64,000 nucleotides of DNA from a virus. Under the pieces are notes generated by a model that had not been told where the DNA came from, made no database searches, and saw nothing but the letters and a program-made list of their open reading frames with translations. The DNA lies in IMG/VR virus record IMGVR_UViG_3300018429_000060, positions 27,307 to 91,306 of that record; one strand, written 5' to 3'. Below, piece after piece: positions 38,879-48,135 of the stretch; position 1 is the stretch's first letter; every line of letters starts with the position of its first letter. Made by a program: the position numbers and the translations under genes.

Positions 38879-39159
38879 CGGCCGTCCCCGGCGAGGTCGG
38901 CGCCGTAGCCGCTCAGGGCGTGCTGCAGGGTCAACCAGTGGCCGGTGTCGCGGGCGGCGGCGACCCCGAGGGCGGCGCGGATCATGGTGGCGGCCAGCCG
39001 TTCGTCGCTCAGGTCACCGACCAGGTTCCCCGACGCCGTCAGGTGGGTGCCGTGGTTGTCGCAGATCGTGACGTGCACCATCAGCATCGGCTCGGTGCCG
39101 TCGTCGTCGTGGTGGTTCTCGACGGTGATCGGCACGTCGGTCCTCGAGGTCGTGGTCAC
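38875..39159 (-). CDS. Hypothetical protein
   Basis: GTGA coupling at both ends. Confidence 0.6.
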   Translation of the reverse strand: MTTTSRTDVPITVENHHDDDGTEPMLMVHVTICDNHGTHLTASGNLVGDLSDERLAATMIRAALGVAAARDTGHWLTLQHALSGYGADLAGDGR

Positions 39160-40547
39160 CGCGCCACCCCGGTCACCACCACCGGCCCCGCCGCCGCGTC
39201 GGCGGCCGTGGGGGTGAGGTGGGTGTGTTTGGCCTGCCACAGCTCCAGCGCCTCCGCGAGCGTCCACTGTCCGAGTGGCCCGCCGTACTGCAGCTGGTAG
39301 GTGTGGATGCCGTCGTCGCAGGGTTTGCGGCTGGTCAGTTTCACGCCGGGGATGCCGCGGCCGTACTTGGCCGACGTCGGGTTGTTGGTGAACGCCGTGG
39401 TGGCCCAGCCGAGGACCCGCTTGGACAGGGCCCGCTGCACCAGCAGCTGCGCCTCGTGGCTGATCGCGGCCATCACCACGAGCTTGGACAGCCGCCGCCA
39501 CTTCGACGGGGCGACCGCGAAGTCGGACATCAGGTAGGCGTCCAGCCCGAACTTCGGCGGCAGGTACCCGAACGCCCCGATGATCTTGCCGCCGGTGGAC
39601 ACCGCGCAGGAGAACAGCGGCGCGCCGGGGGCGATGCCCCGTCCCAGGTAGGCCGAGCGCAGCCCGTTGAACTGCGGTCCGGTCAGCGGGTGCAGCCGCA
39701 GGTCCTCACCGAGGTCGTCCTCGGGTGCCAGCCGGGCCATCAGCACCGGTTCGGTCTTCTGGTGCGGGCCGACGTAGCGGGCGATGCCCGGCTGGGCGAA
39801 CACCCAGATCGGCATCGCCCGCGGCCCGGTCTGCACGAACCCGACGCGGTAGGGCTCCAGCTGCGGCAGCTGGTAGTGCAGCCCGAGCAGCCAGTGCGGC
39901 CGGTCGATGACCAGCTGGATGATCTCGTTCTTGCCGTCGTCGTCCAGGATCTCGTAGGACGGCTCCGGCCAGTCGAAGTGGTCCTCGATGCCCTTGAACA
40001 TGGTCTCGTAGCCGGCCGCCCAGAACGGCGGGAACGACGCCACCGGCGCCTCCGGCGGGGCCTGCCGCAGGTACTCGCGCACGTCGCGGGCGTCGAACGA
40101 GGACAGCCGCAGCGTCGCCCTGGCGAGCTTGGCCACCGTGTCGGCGTGCAGGGTCGGCCACTGGTCACGGTAGGCGGCCACCATCCGCCGGTGGTAGGCG
40201 CCGGTCTTGCCGACGAAGGAGAACCAGCGGGTGCCCAGCATCAGCGTGGCCAGGGTGCCGATGCCGTCGTCGAGGTAGTCGTAGAGCCAGGACAGCTCCT
40301 CGACGAACTCGTCCTTGACGGTGAACGGCACCGGCTGCCCGGCGAACTGCCACCCCAGGGCGCACGAGTACGGGTTCACGTCGTTGGAGTGCAGCCGGAA
40401 CTCCCGCTCCGGGCAGGTCCCGGCCAGGGTGCGTTCGATGGTCAGGTTCCCGGAGCAGCCCACATAGACGTCGGCGCCGGCCGGCCACAGCCGGGCGTGC
40501 TGGGCGACGATGCTGCGCATCTCGGCCGGGATGGTGCCCTGGAACAC
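39156..40547 (-). CDS. Putative DNA-modification protein (MTase-like N-domain + GNAT/Mom-like C-domain)
   Basis: GGAGG RBS + GTG; VYVGCSGN, LHSND, SFPPF (atypical motif IV); C-terminal GKIIGAFGY..YLMSDF..RLSKLV..TTAFT..SAKY GNAT-like pattern. ORF secure, function inferred. Confidence 0.65.
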   Translation of the reverse strand: MFQGTIPAEMRSIVAQHARLWPAGADVYVGCSGNLTIERTLAGTCPEREFRLHSNDVNPYSCALGWQFAGQPVPFTVKDEFVEELSWLYDYLDDGIGTLATLMLGTRWFSFVGKTGAYHRRMVAAYRDQWPTLHADTVAKLARATLRLSSFDARDVREYLRQAPPEAPVASFPPFWAAGYETMFKGIEDHFDWPEPSYEILDDDGKNEIIQLVIDRPHWLLGLHYQLPQLEPYRVGFVQTGPRAMPIWVFAQPGIARYVGPHQKTEPVLMARLAPEDDLGEDLRLHPLTGPQFNGLRSAYLGRGIAPGAPLFSCAVSTGGKIIGAFGYLPPKFGLDAYLMSDFAVAPSKWRRLSKLVVMAAISHEAQLLVQRALSKRVLGWATTAFTNNPTSAKYGRGIPGVKLTSRKPCDDGIHTYQLQYGGPLGQWTLAEALELWQAKHTHLTPTAADAAAGPVVVTGVAR

Positions 40548-40624
40548 GCTCGGGCCTCCGCAGCACAAATCTGGGCTGGGGCGCCCGGCCACGGATGCCA
40601 GTCGACGCACAACAACGGTGAGTG

Positions 40625-40696
40625 AGCGCCGGCACGGCCTCGAACCGCCCCTACCGCCTGGAATGGCGGTCGTGCTACCAGCTACACCACCAGCGC
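40625..40696 (-). tRNA. tRNA-Gly(UCC)-like RNA, non-canonical
   Basis: GCGCUGG UG GUGU-AGCUGGUA-GCAC G ACCGC-CAUUCCAG-GCGGU AGG GGCGG-UUCGAGG-CCGUG CCGGCGC U: cloverleaf, G1-C72/C2-G71/G3-C70, U73; 8-nt anticodon loop, imperfect T stem, no encoded CCA. Confidence 0.8.
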
Positions 40697-40819
40697 ATGA
40701 CTCGTCGCGGATGGTAACGCACCGCAGGTCAGGCTGCCCCTAGACTCCCCGGTGACGATCACCGGGCCTGGCGCACATGGCCGCCGGAAGCACTCGTGCT
40801 TTCGGGAGGGCCCGCCGGC

Positions 40820-41488
40820 GTGTCGACGACCTTCCGTTACGCCTCCGGCCGGGACATGTGGGACCGGCAGCTGGGTGAGCCGGCCGAGGAATACGACTGG
40901 TTCCTGCACTGGCGCAACGAGGCCCACCGCCGCACCTACGTGGCCACCGCGCTGAAGTTCGGGATCAGCCCGGTCACGGTGACGCGGGTCGCGAAACAGA
41001 ACCGCTGGCCCGAACGGCTGCTGGCGTGGAAGGCCGACAACTCGCGGCTGCTGCACGAGCGGTTCACCGATCTGCTCGAACAGTCGATGGTGCCGTTCGC
41101 GCAGGGCATGGTGCGGATGGCCGCCCACACCGCCCGCGCCCCGCTGGACAAGATCCCGGCCGATCGGGCGATGACCGCGTTCGCCGCGGCCCTGCGGGTG
41201 ATCAAGGAACCGGGCATCGCGGACCTCATCCGCATCTCGGCTGCGTCCGGGATGGCCAACCGCGAGATCGACCTCGCCGCGGTCATCCTCGACCGGCTGG
41301 CCGCACAGTTCCCCGAGGCCCACGACGCGGTCCTGGACGCACTGGACGCCGCCACCCAGAACCCCGCCGGGCCGCTGGTCCTCGACGCCGCCCCCGTCCC
41401 GGCCGCCGTCCCCGCCGGCGCCGGCGGCGCTGTCGACGGTGGTGTCGACGACGGGGACGACTGCGTGATCGACCCAGGGAACGGCTGA
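40820..41488 (+). CDS. Terminase small subunit-like protein
   Basis: WDRQLGE..EYDWF, HTH, RW.ER..AW; directly upstream of the terL ATPase. Confidence 0.7.
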   Translation: MSTTFRYASGRDMWDRQLGEPAEEYDWFLHWRNEAHRRTYVATALKFGISPVTVTRVAKQNRWPERLLAWKADNSRLLHERFTDLLEQSMVPFAQGMVRMAAHTARAPLDKIPADRAMTAFAAALRVIKEPGIADLIRISAASGMANREIDLAAVILDRLAAQFPEAHDAVLDALDAATQNPAGPLVLDAAPVPAAVPAGAGGAVDGGVDDGDDCVIDPGNG

Positions 41489-41492
41489 CCCC

Positions 41493-42317
41493 ATGGCGTC
41501 CGTCACGGTGCTCTCGGAGTTCCTGGCCCGTCGCGACCCGGCCCGGATGATGCGCCAGGCCGGGATGCCCCCCGACACGTGGCAGTCCACCCTGCTGCGC
41601 CGCCGACCGCACCGGGCGCTGGTCACCACCTCCCGGCAGGCCGGCAAGAGCAGCGTCGCCGGCGCGATGGGCCTGCACCGCGCCGCCGAGAAGCCCCGCC
41701 AGACCATCGTCGCCGTCTCGCCCACCCAGCGGCAGTCCGCGCTGCTGGTGTCGAAGGTCCGCCGCTACGCTCAGGCGCTCGGGCTGCAGCTGGCCCGCGA
41801 CAACACCCTGTCGCTGGAGCTGGCCAACGAGTCCGTCGTGTACGCGCTGCCCGGCCACCCGGACACCGTCCGCGGCTACTCCCCCGACCTGCTGATCATC
41901 GACGAGGCCGCGTACACCACCGAAGCGCTCTACACCGCGTGCCTGCCGATGCTCGCCGCCACCGGCGGCGACCTCATCGCCATCTCCACCCCGAACGGCA
42001 AACAGGGCTGGTACTGGGCCGAGTGGTCCGGGCAGGGCGCACCGGGCTGGATGAAGATCCAGGTCCCCTACACCCGCATCCGGCGCATCAGCGCCGAGTT
42101 CATCACCTCCCAGCGGGCGTCGATGTCGCGGGAGCGGTTCTCCACCGAGTACGAGTGCGCGTTCAACTCCTCCACGTTCGGCCTGTTCAACGCCGGCGAC
42201 CTGGCCGCCGCGCTGCAGGCCGAGCCGATGGCGGCCGGCGGCGGTGGCCTGCCCGACGCGCGGGAGATCATGCGCCGCAACCGGGACCGGTTCGCCGCCG
42301 GGCAGGCCGCCTCATGA
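41493..42317 (+). CDS. Terminase large subunit, ATPase domain only
   Basis: PDTWQ, SRQAGKS, SPTQRQS, RGYSPDLLIIDEAA, ISTPNG, F.TEYECAF; stops at 274 aa. Confidence 0.92.
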   Translation: MASVTVLSEFLARRDPARMMRQAGMPPDTWQSTLLRRRPHRALVTTSRQAGKSSVAGAMGLHRAAEKPRQTIVAVSPTQRQSALLVSKVRRYAQALGLQLARDNTLSLELANESVVYALPGHPDTVRGYSPDLLIIDEAAYTTEALYTACLPMLAATGGDLIAISTPNGKQGWYWAEWSGQGAPGWMKIQVPYTRIRRISAEFITSQRASMSRERFSTEYECAFNSSTFGLFNAGDLAAALQAEPMAAGGGGLPDAREIMRRNRDRFAAGQAAS

Positions 42318-43141
42318 GCACCCCGCCGCTGGCGCCGCGGCAGCAGCGCACCGACGCCCCCGCCGGCCCCGACGCCCGCGTCCTGGCCCTGGACATCGGC
42401 CTCTACGGGCACCTCGGGTCGATCAGCTCGATGTTCTGGTACCAGCGCGGTGGGCTGCTCCACGCCCACCAGGCGCAGCTGCTGCCCGAGGGTGCGACCC
42501 TGCTGGACCAGCTGGACATCCTGGAGGCGACCGCCGCCTCCTACGAGGAGTACCGGCGGATCAGCCCGGTGGTGGTCCTCGGTGTCACCGTGCTGTCGCC
42601 GGTCGGCCGCCGCGAGGTCCGCGGCCACCTGGAGTCCTGGTTCAACCCGCCGTGGCGGCGGCGCCTGGTGGCCATCGGGGACTACGCCGGCGAGCACATC
42701 GCCGTCCGCGGCCTGGTCTCCCGCAAGAAGCTGCGGGACCTGATCTCGACCCGGCTGACCGAGCACACCCTCACGCTCACCCCCGAGCAGCACGACGCCG
42801 TCGCCCTCTACACCGGCCGCCGGGAGAAACCCGGCCGCGACCCGGACGACGAGTGGCGCACCGACGAGGTCGACGCGGTCGCCCTGCCGGTGGCGCTGTC
42901 CTGCCTCGGCGCGACGGCGCTGCTGCCGGCGCCGATGCCCACCCCGCAGCAACGCCAACGCGACCTCGAGCGCGCGATGCGCGCCTGGCAGGTGCAGCTG
43001 GACCTGTCCAACGACGACGCCTGGGACCGCGCCGTGCGCCACGGCCACCCGCACCACCAGACCACCGCCGCTGTCAGCGGCGCCGTGCCCATGCCCGACC
43101 GGTCCACCCCGACCTTCGGCAGCCTGCGATGGAAGGACTGA
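42314..43141 (+). CDS. Degenerate terminase nuclease-like protein
   Basis: VLALDIG, VSRKKLRDLI, EWR.DEVDAVALPVAL echo the terL C-domain; several acidic residues altered. Confidence 0.55.
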   Translation: MSTPPLAPRQQRTDAPAGPDARVLALDIGLYGHLGSISSMFWYQRGGLLHAHQAQLLPEGATLLDQLDILEATAASYEEYRRISPVVVLGVTVLSPVGRREVRGHLESWFNPPWRRRLVAIGDYAGEHIAVRGLVSRKKLRDLISTRLTEHTLTLTPEQHDAVALYTGRREKPGRDPDDEWRTDEVDAVALPVALSCLGATALLPAPMPTPQQRQRDLERAMRAWQVQLDLSNDDAWDRAVRHGHPHHQTTAAVSGAVPMPDRSTPTFGSLRWKD

Positions 43142-43143
43142 CC

Positions 43144-44808
43144 GTGCGCCTCATGAGCAAGGTGACGGACCTGCTGCGGTGGGCCACCCCCGCCGCACCG
43201 GCCGCGCCCGAACCGCCGGCGTGGACCCCGCCGCCGCTGTCCACCGCGGCCGCCCTGCCCGTGCCGGCCATCTACCGGCCGGTGGTCGCCGCGGCCGCGA
43301 GCGCCGCCCTGGCCACCGCCACCACCTACGCCGGCGTCGCCACCGGCGCCCGTACCGGCGCGGGTGTGCTCACCGCGGCCGTCCCGACCGCCGGCGACAT
43401 CGGCGCCGTCACCGCCTCCCGACTGCCTCGCGCCCTGCAACCACCGCGGCCGCGGGAGTGGCAGGAACGCGCCTGGGCGGCCTGGCGGCACTGCGGCGAG
43501 GCCCGCCAGGCCGTCGAGTGGATCTGCAACAACCTGTCCCGCTGCCACCTCTACATCGGCGACGTCGACCCCGCCAGCGCCGGCGACCCCAAACCCGCCG
43601 CCACCCCCGGCCTGGCCGGCGACATCCTCGCCGAGCTGCACAACGGCCGTCTCGGGCAGAGCGCCATGCTGGCCCGCCTGGGGCTGCACCTGCTGGTGCC
43701 CGGCGAGAGCTGGCTCGCCGGCTACCCCCGCCCACCCGCCGCCGGCGGCACCGCCGCCGGCGATGACGGGCAACCGGCCACCCAGTGGAGCGTGCTGTCG
43801 CGCCGCGAGTGGTCCGAGGTCACCGACACCCACATCCGGTTCAAGCTCGCCGACCACCCCAACCCCGGCGCCGACGGCTGGGTCACCTTCGCCTCCGACG
43901 AGGTCGTGCTCATCCCGATCTACGTCCCCGACGCCGAGGACGCCACCACGGCCACCAGCGCGTTCGAGGCCGCACTGGACACCCTTGACGAGTTGTTCGG
44001 CCTGTCGCGGCGCGTCGCCGTCGACATCAAGTCGCGGCTGGCCGGCGCCGGGGCACTGCCCATCCCCGAGTCGGCCACCCTGCCCACGCCGGGCGCCTCC
44101 GACGGCCTCAACGGCCTGCACGGCGACCCGTTCGTCGCCGCGTTCGCCCGCGCCGCCAAGACCGCCATCCAGAATCCCGACGACGTGGCCGCGCTGCTGC
44201 CGATCTTCTTCCGGGTGCCCGACGAGTCGTTGACCGGCAACGGCTTCAAGCTGATCACCTTCGCCACCCCGTTCGACGCCCAGGTGCCGGTGCTGCGCCA
44301 GGACGCCCGCCGCACCCTGGCCGCCGACCTGAACATCCCGGCCAGCATCGTGCTCGGCGTCGAGGACCTGAACCACTGGTCGATGTGGGGCGTCACCGAG
44401 GACGCCCTGAAGTCCCACATGGGACCGCTGGCGGCGATCATCTGCACCCAGCTGACCATCAAGGTGCTGTGGCCGGCGCTGCGCGCCGCCGGCGAGACCG
44501 ACGTCGAGAAGCGCTGCATCTGGTGGGATCCGTCCGAGGTCGTGCTGCGCCCGGACGGCTCCACCGTCGCGCTCACCGCGCACCGCGACGGCGTCATCGG
44601 CGGCAAGGCCACCCGCCGCGAGATCGGCTTCTCCGAGGAAGACGCCCCCACCGCCGAGGAGACCGCGGCCCGCGCCGCCGCCAACCAGCCCCCACCGGCC
44701 GGCGCCCAGGGTGAGGACGGCGGGCAGGCCACCCCGTCGCAGCGGCCCAACCCACCCGCCGACGACGGCGACAGCACCCCCGACGGCACCCCACCCGCCC
44801 AGCAGTAA
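43144..44808 (+). CDS. Phage portal protein (actinophage type)
   Basis: WQERAW..GEARQ..W..N.LSR, L.VPGE.WL, SRLAGAG, NHWSMW. Confidence 0.85.
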   Translation: MRLMSKVTDLLRWATPAAPAAPEPPAWTPPPLSTAAALPVPAIYRPVVAAAASAALATATTYAGVATGARTGAGVLTAAVPTAGDIGAVTASRLPRALQPPRPREWQERAWAAWRHCGEARQAVEWICNNLSRCHLYIGDVDPASAGDPKPAATPGLAGDILAELHNGRLGQSAMLARLGLHLLVPGESWLAGYPRPPAAGGTAAGDDGQPATQWSVLSRREWSEVTDTHIRFKLADHPNPGADGWVTFASDEVVLIPIYVPDAEDATTATSAFEAALDTLDELFGLSRRVAVDIKSRLAGAGALPIPESATLPTPGASDGLNGLHGDPFVAAFARAAKTAIQNPDDVAALLPIFFRVPDESLTGNGFKLITFATPFDAQVPVLRQDARRTLAADLNIPASIVLGVEDLNHWSMWGVTEDALKSHMGPLAAIICTQLTIKVLWPALRAAGETDVEKRCIWWDPSEVVLRPDGSTVALTAHRDGVIGGKATRREIGFSEEDAPTAEETAARAAANQPPPAGAQGEDGGQATPSQRPNPPADDGDSTPDGTPPAQQ

Positions 44809-44892
44809 CCCCCTCCACCAGCGCATCGTGAGCAAACCTCACGACGCGGCGTGGTGCTGCTCGGCGAACCACTGTTAACCGAGAGGAATACG

Positions 44893-46374
44893 GTGAAACC
44901 AGCCTCCGACCCCGCCGGCCGTGGCGCCGTGGTGCTGGATCACCCTCGCCTCGTCGGCCTCAAACGCACCGCCGCCGGCCTCGCCCTGCCCCGCTCCGTC
45001 GACTTCCTGGAGCCACCCGAGCGGCTGCTGGAGCTGCCCACCGCCACCACCCCGGACGTGCTCGACGAGATCGTGTTCGGCTGGCTCGCCGAGCACTTCG
45101 CCGTCAGCACCAAGACCGGCACGACGTACTGCTCCTGCATGTCGGTGTACCTGCCGTGGTGCTCGGCCGAGACCGTCGACCCGCTGCTGATCACCCGCCC
45201 GCAGGCGTCGCGGTTCGCCGGCTGGCTCGCCCAGGCCGCCTCCGGCGTCACCGACCGCGTGCGCTCACCGTCGCGGCGCAACCAGATCCTCTCGGCGTGC
45301 TCGTCGCTGGTCGAGTACGCCATCGACGCCGACGTGCGCCCCACCGCGTTCCCCAACCCGTTCGCCCGCGTGAAGCGCCCGGTGGTCGACCGCCACCCCA
45401 AGGCCGGCGTGCCGCTGACCGTGTCCCACGTCAACCAGCTGATCCTGTCCGCGCGGGCCGACCACCTGCTCGGCGGCGTGCTGGGCAAGCTGCTCGTCGC
45501 CATGATGGCCAGGCTCGGGCTGCGCCCCGGTGACGTGTGCCGGCTGAACCTGGGCGGCGTCGCGGACGACGCCCACGGCTCCTACCAGCTGTCGGTGCCG
45601 GTCAAGGGCGGCCGGCTGCTGTCGCGGTGGCTACCCGCCGACATGGCCAGCGACTTCTACACCTACGCCCACCGGGTGCGCGTCGCCCCCGACCACGACG
45701 GCCGCCCGGATCCGCTCGGCGTCGACCCGCTGTTCGTGCACCCGCGGCGCCGGCGGCGCCTCAACACCGACGACGTGCTGCGCCTGGTGCGCCGCTCCCA
45801 GCTGGCCGCGCGGGTGCTGCCGTCGAGCCGGGTGTGCCCGCGGGACCTGCGGCCGTTCTTCAACACCCTCGCGCGGGCGCAGGGCGCGACGCTGGAGGAA
45901 CGCCAGGTCGGCCTCGGCCACGCCAGCGCGAAGACCACCGAGCTGTACGACCGCACGGTGTGGGCGCGCGAGCACGACCCGGCCATCCGGGTCAGCGCCG
46001 CGTTCGACGACTACCCGGCCGAGACCCGCCTCGGTCAGCTCGTCCCCGACCGCCGCTGGGCGCCGCCGGTGCAGGCCGGCTGTGACTGCACCCCACAGTG
46101 GCCGCAATTGCACGTCGACCTGTCCCCCGTCGGTGTCGACCAGACCGCGGTGTGCGAGATCACCGAGCAGCACGAACCCGGCGTGCACCAGCTGCAGCCC
46201 TACTGCCGCCGCTGCCGCGTCGCCTACCCCGGCCCGTTCCGCGTGGCCCGCGTCCTGGACGACCCGCACGGCCGGTTCCTCGACGAGGCCCGCGCGGGGC
46301 TCACCGACGCCGCCCTGTACCCGGAAGCTGTCAACCGCCGCGAGGAACGCCGACGCCGCGACGACACCACCTAG
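44893..46374 (+). CDS. Tyrosine recombinase/integrase with C-terminal Cys-rich extension
   Basis: LGLRPGDV, VKGG, PRDLR, LGHASAKTTELYD; tail CDC..CRRC. Confidence 0.9.
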   Translation: MKPASDPAGRGAVVLDHPRLVGLKRTAAGLALPRSVDFLEPPERLLELPTATTPDVLDEIVFGWLAEHFAVSTKTGTTYCSCMSVYLPWCSAETVDPLLITRPQASRFAGWLAQAASGVTDRVRSPSRRNQILSACSSLVEYAIDADVRPTAFPNPFARVKRPVVDRHPKAGVPLTVSHVNQLILSARADHLLGGVLGKLLVAMMARLGLRPGDVCRLNLGGVADDAHGSYQLSVPVKGGRLLSRWLPADMASDFYTYAHRVRVAPDHDGRPDPLGVDPLFVHPRRRRRLNTDDVLRLVRRSQLAARVLPSSRVCPRDLRPFFNTLARAQGATLEERQVGLGHASAKTTELYDRTVWAREHDPAIRVSAAFDDYPAETRLGQLVPDRRWAPPVQAGCDCTPQWPQLHVDLSPVGVDQTAVCEITEQHEPGVHQLQPYCRRCRVAYPGPFRVARVLDDPHGRFLDEARAGLTDAALYPEAVNRREERRRRDDTT

Positions 46375-46694
46375 GGCGGCGGGCCGGTAACAGCGCCGAG
46401 CGCGACCAGCCCCACAGGTCGCCGACCGTCTGGGCCTGCACGTGACTGTGACGGCGCGGTGACCGAGCTGTACTGACTGGCGTGCCCTCGGCCGCTGTTA
46501 TTCTGCCGGAACCGGGCGCTGCGCCGTCCGGGGCCGGAACCGCCTTAGCGGGCGGCAGACCGCCACAGGGCTCAGTGCCCAGCGCACAGACCACCCTCTG
46601 CGACGTGTTGCGGGGGGTGGTTCTGCAACTCCAGTCAGCTTGTCGCCGCGCGGCCGTCGCGGCCGCGGTCGGTCTCGACACCTAGGCTGGCCGG

Positions 46695-47228
46695 GTGCTG
46701 TTCGCGGATCCGAGCCTGGACAACCTGCTCGACCTCACGCAGCAGGTCGACGAGATCGCCCCTGCCGCGTGCGGCCCCGTGCACTACCAGGACGGCGAAT
46801 TCCGCTGGCTGGTCACCACACCGCCGCAGGCGTGGCCCCCGCACCGTCCGGACGGACTGGGGCGCCGTATCGGCGAACACCTGTACGCCATGGCCAGCAG
46901 GGCGGGACCGTCGTCGCTGCGCGAGCTGAGGGATCTCCTCGATCTGCGCGGGTGGTTGTTCGCCGGCACGGCCGTGTCCGTGGACAACCCCTGGCCGGCC
47001 AGCGAAGGCAGCCTCGCCGATCATCCCGACCAGCGACCGGTCCTGTTGTGCCTGTACCTCGACCAGGAGAACGGGACGCTGACCCAGCGGATGAACTTCG
47101 CCGACGGCGCGGTCGACCTGCAGACCATCGACCGCCCGGAGGCCGGGTGGCTGCCGGAGCGCGGCACGCTCCCGGCGGCTCTGGACCTCATGCGCGCCGC
47201 CGCGGGTCCGGCCCGCGCCGGACGCTGA
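46695..47228 (+). CDS. Hypothetical protein
   Basis: Protein-like frame. Confidence 0.55.
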   Translation: MLFADPSLDNLLDLTQQVDEIAPAACGPVHYQDGEFRWLVTTPPQAWPPHRPDGLGRRIGEHLYAMASRAGPSSLRELRDLLDLRGWLFAGTAVSVDNPWPASEGSLADHPDQRPVLLCLYLDQENGTLTQRMNFADGAVDLQTIDRPEAGWLPERGTLPAALDLMRAAAGPARAGR

Positions 47229-47244
47229 GGCAGGATTGTGCGGC

Positions 47245-47604
47245 ATGGCCAGCGACGTGCCGGAACACGACGGAAGCGACACGCAGATCAACCGCCTGAT
47301 CACCGCCCGGCAACACCTAGAGCGGGCCGTCGCTACCGTGCTGCGGGAGGCCGCCGACGTGCACAGGCTGGACATCTGCGGCACCGACGAACTGCCCGCG
47401 GCCCTGTCCGCGCTGGAATCGGCCGACTACGTCGACAGCGAGGAAGACGCGGCCCGCTGGGTCTCCCGCGCGTTCACCGCCTACCCGACCGGGCTGCTGA
47501 CCGCCGGCGCCAGCGACCTCGAGGTGGCCCTGTGTGGCGCCGTCATGATGCTCCGCTCGGCACTGGTCGAACTCGACGAGGCCAAGCAAGTAGGCCCACC
47601 CTGA
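47245..47604 (+). CDS. Hypothetical protein
   Basis: Acidic helical ORF, AGGA RBS. Confidence 0.55.
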   Translation: MASDVPEHDGSDTQINRLITARQHLERAVATVLREAADVHRLDICGTDELPAALSALESADYVDSEEDAARWVSRAFTAYPTGLLTAGASDLEVALCGAVMMLRSALVELDEAKQVGPP

Positions 47605-47681
47605 TGTCAGCGCTGATGCGAATTACTGACGCTGACCGCCGACGGGTCGCCGTGGGCCCGTCCGCGAGGTAGCGCCCCCGG

Positions 47682-48110
47682 ATGGTCGAGCAAGGAGCCG
47701 CCGGCGGGGCTGAGGGCGCAGACGACGTCGACGCGGCGCAGCTGATCGACACGGAGATCACGCGGGCCGTCGGCGTGGAGCTGAAAGCCGCCCGGTTGGC
47801 CGTCGGGATGTCCCGCGAGGACCTGGCCTCCCAGCTCAGGTCGCCGGTGCACGCCCGCACGATCGCCAGCTACGAGCAGGGGTCGCGGCACTGCACGGTG
47901 CCGCAGTTCGTCGACATCTGCCAGGTGATCGGCCGGGATCCCGCGGAGCTGCTGGAGCGGATCCTGATGCGCGCCGACCTCGGTCTGGCGCCGCAGCTGC
48001 GGTCCCCTGTCCGGTGCCCTGCCTGTGGGGGACGGTGTCCCAACTGTGGGGGGACCGTCGATCCCACCTACCTGGCACTGGGCACGATAACCAGCGTTAT
48101 CGAGCACTAG
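47682..48110 (+). CDS. XRE-family HTH regulator with C-terminal zinc ribbon
   Basis: LKAARLAVGMSREDLA..TIASYEQGSR; CPAC..CPNC. Confidence 0.85.
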   Translation: MVEQGAAGGAEGADDVDAAQLIDTEITRAVGVELKAARLAVGMSREDLASQLRSPVHARTIASYEQGSRHCTVPQFVDICQVIGRDPAELLERILMRADLGLAPQLRSPVRCPACGGRCPNCGGTVDPTYLALGTITSVIEH

Positions 48111-48135
48111 TGGATCTAGGAAGGGTGGGCTCACG

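Noticed and set aside
40625-40696. Ordinary translational tRNA or integrase attachment site
   Set aside because: Anticodon loop and T stem are non-canonical, and no duplicated 3' tRNA fragment was noticed near either recombinase.
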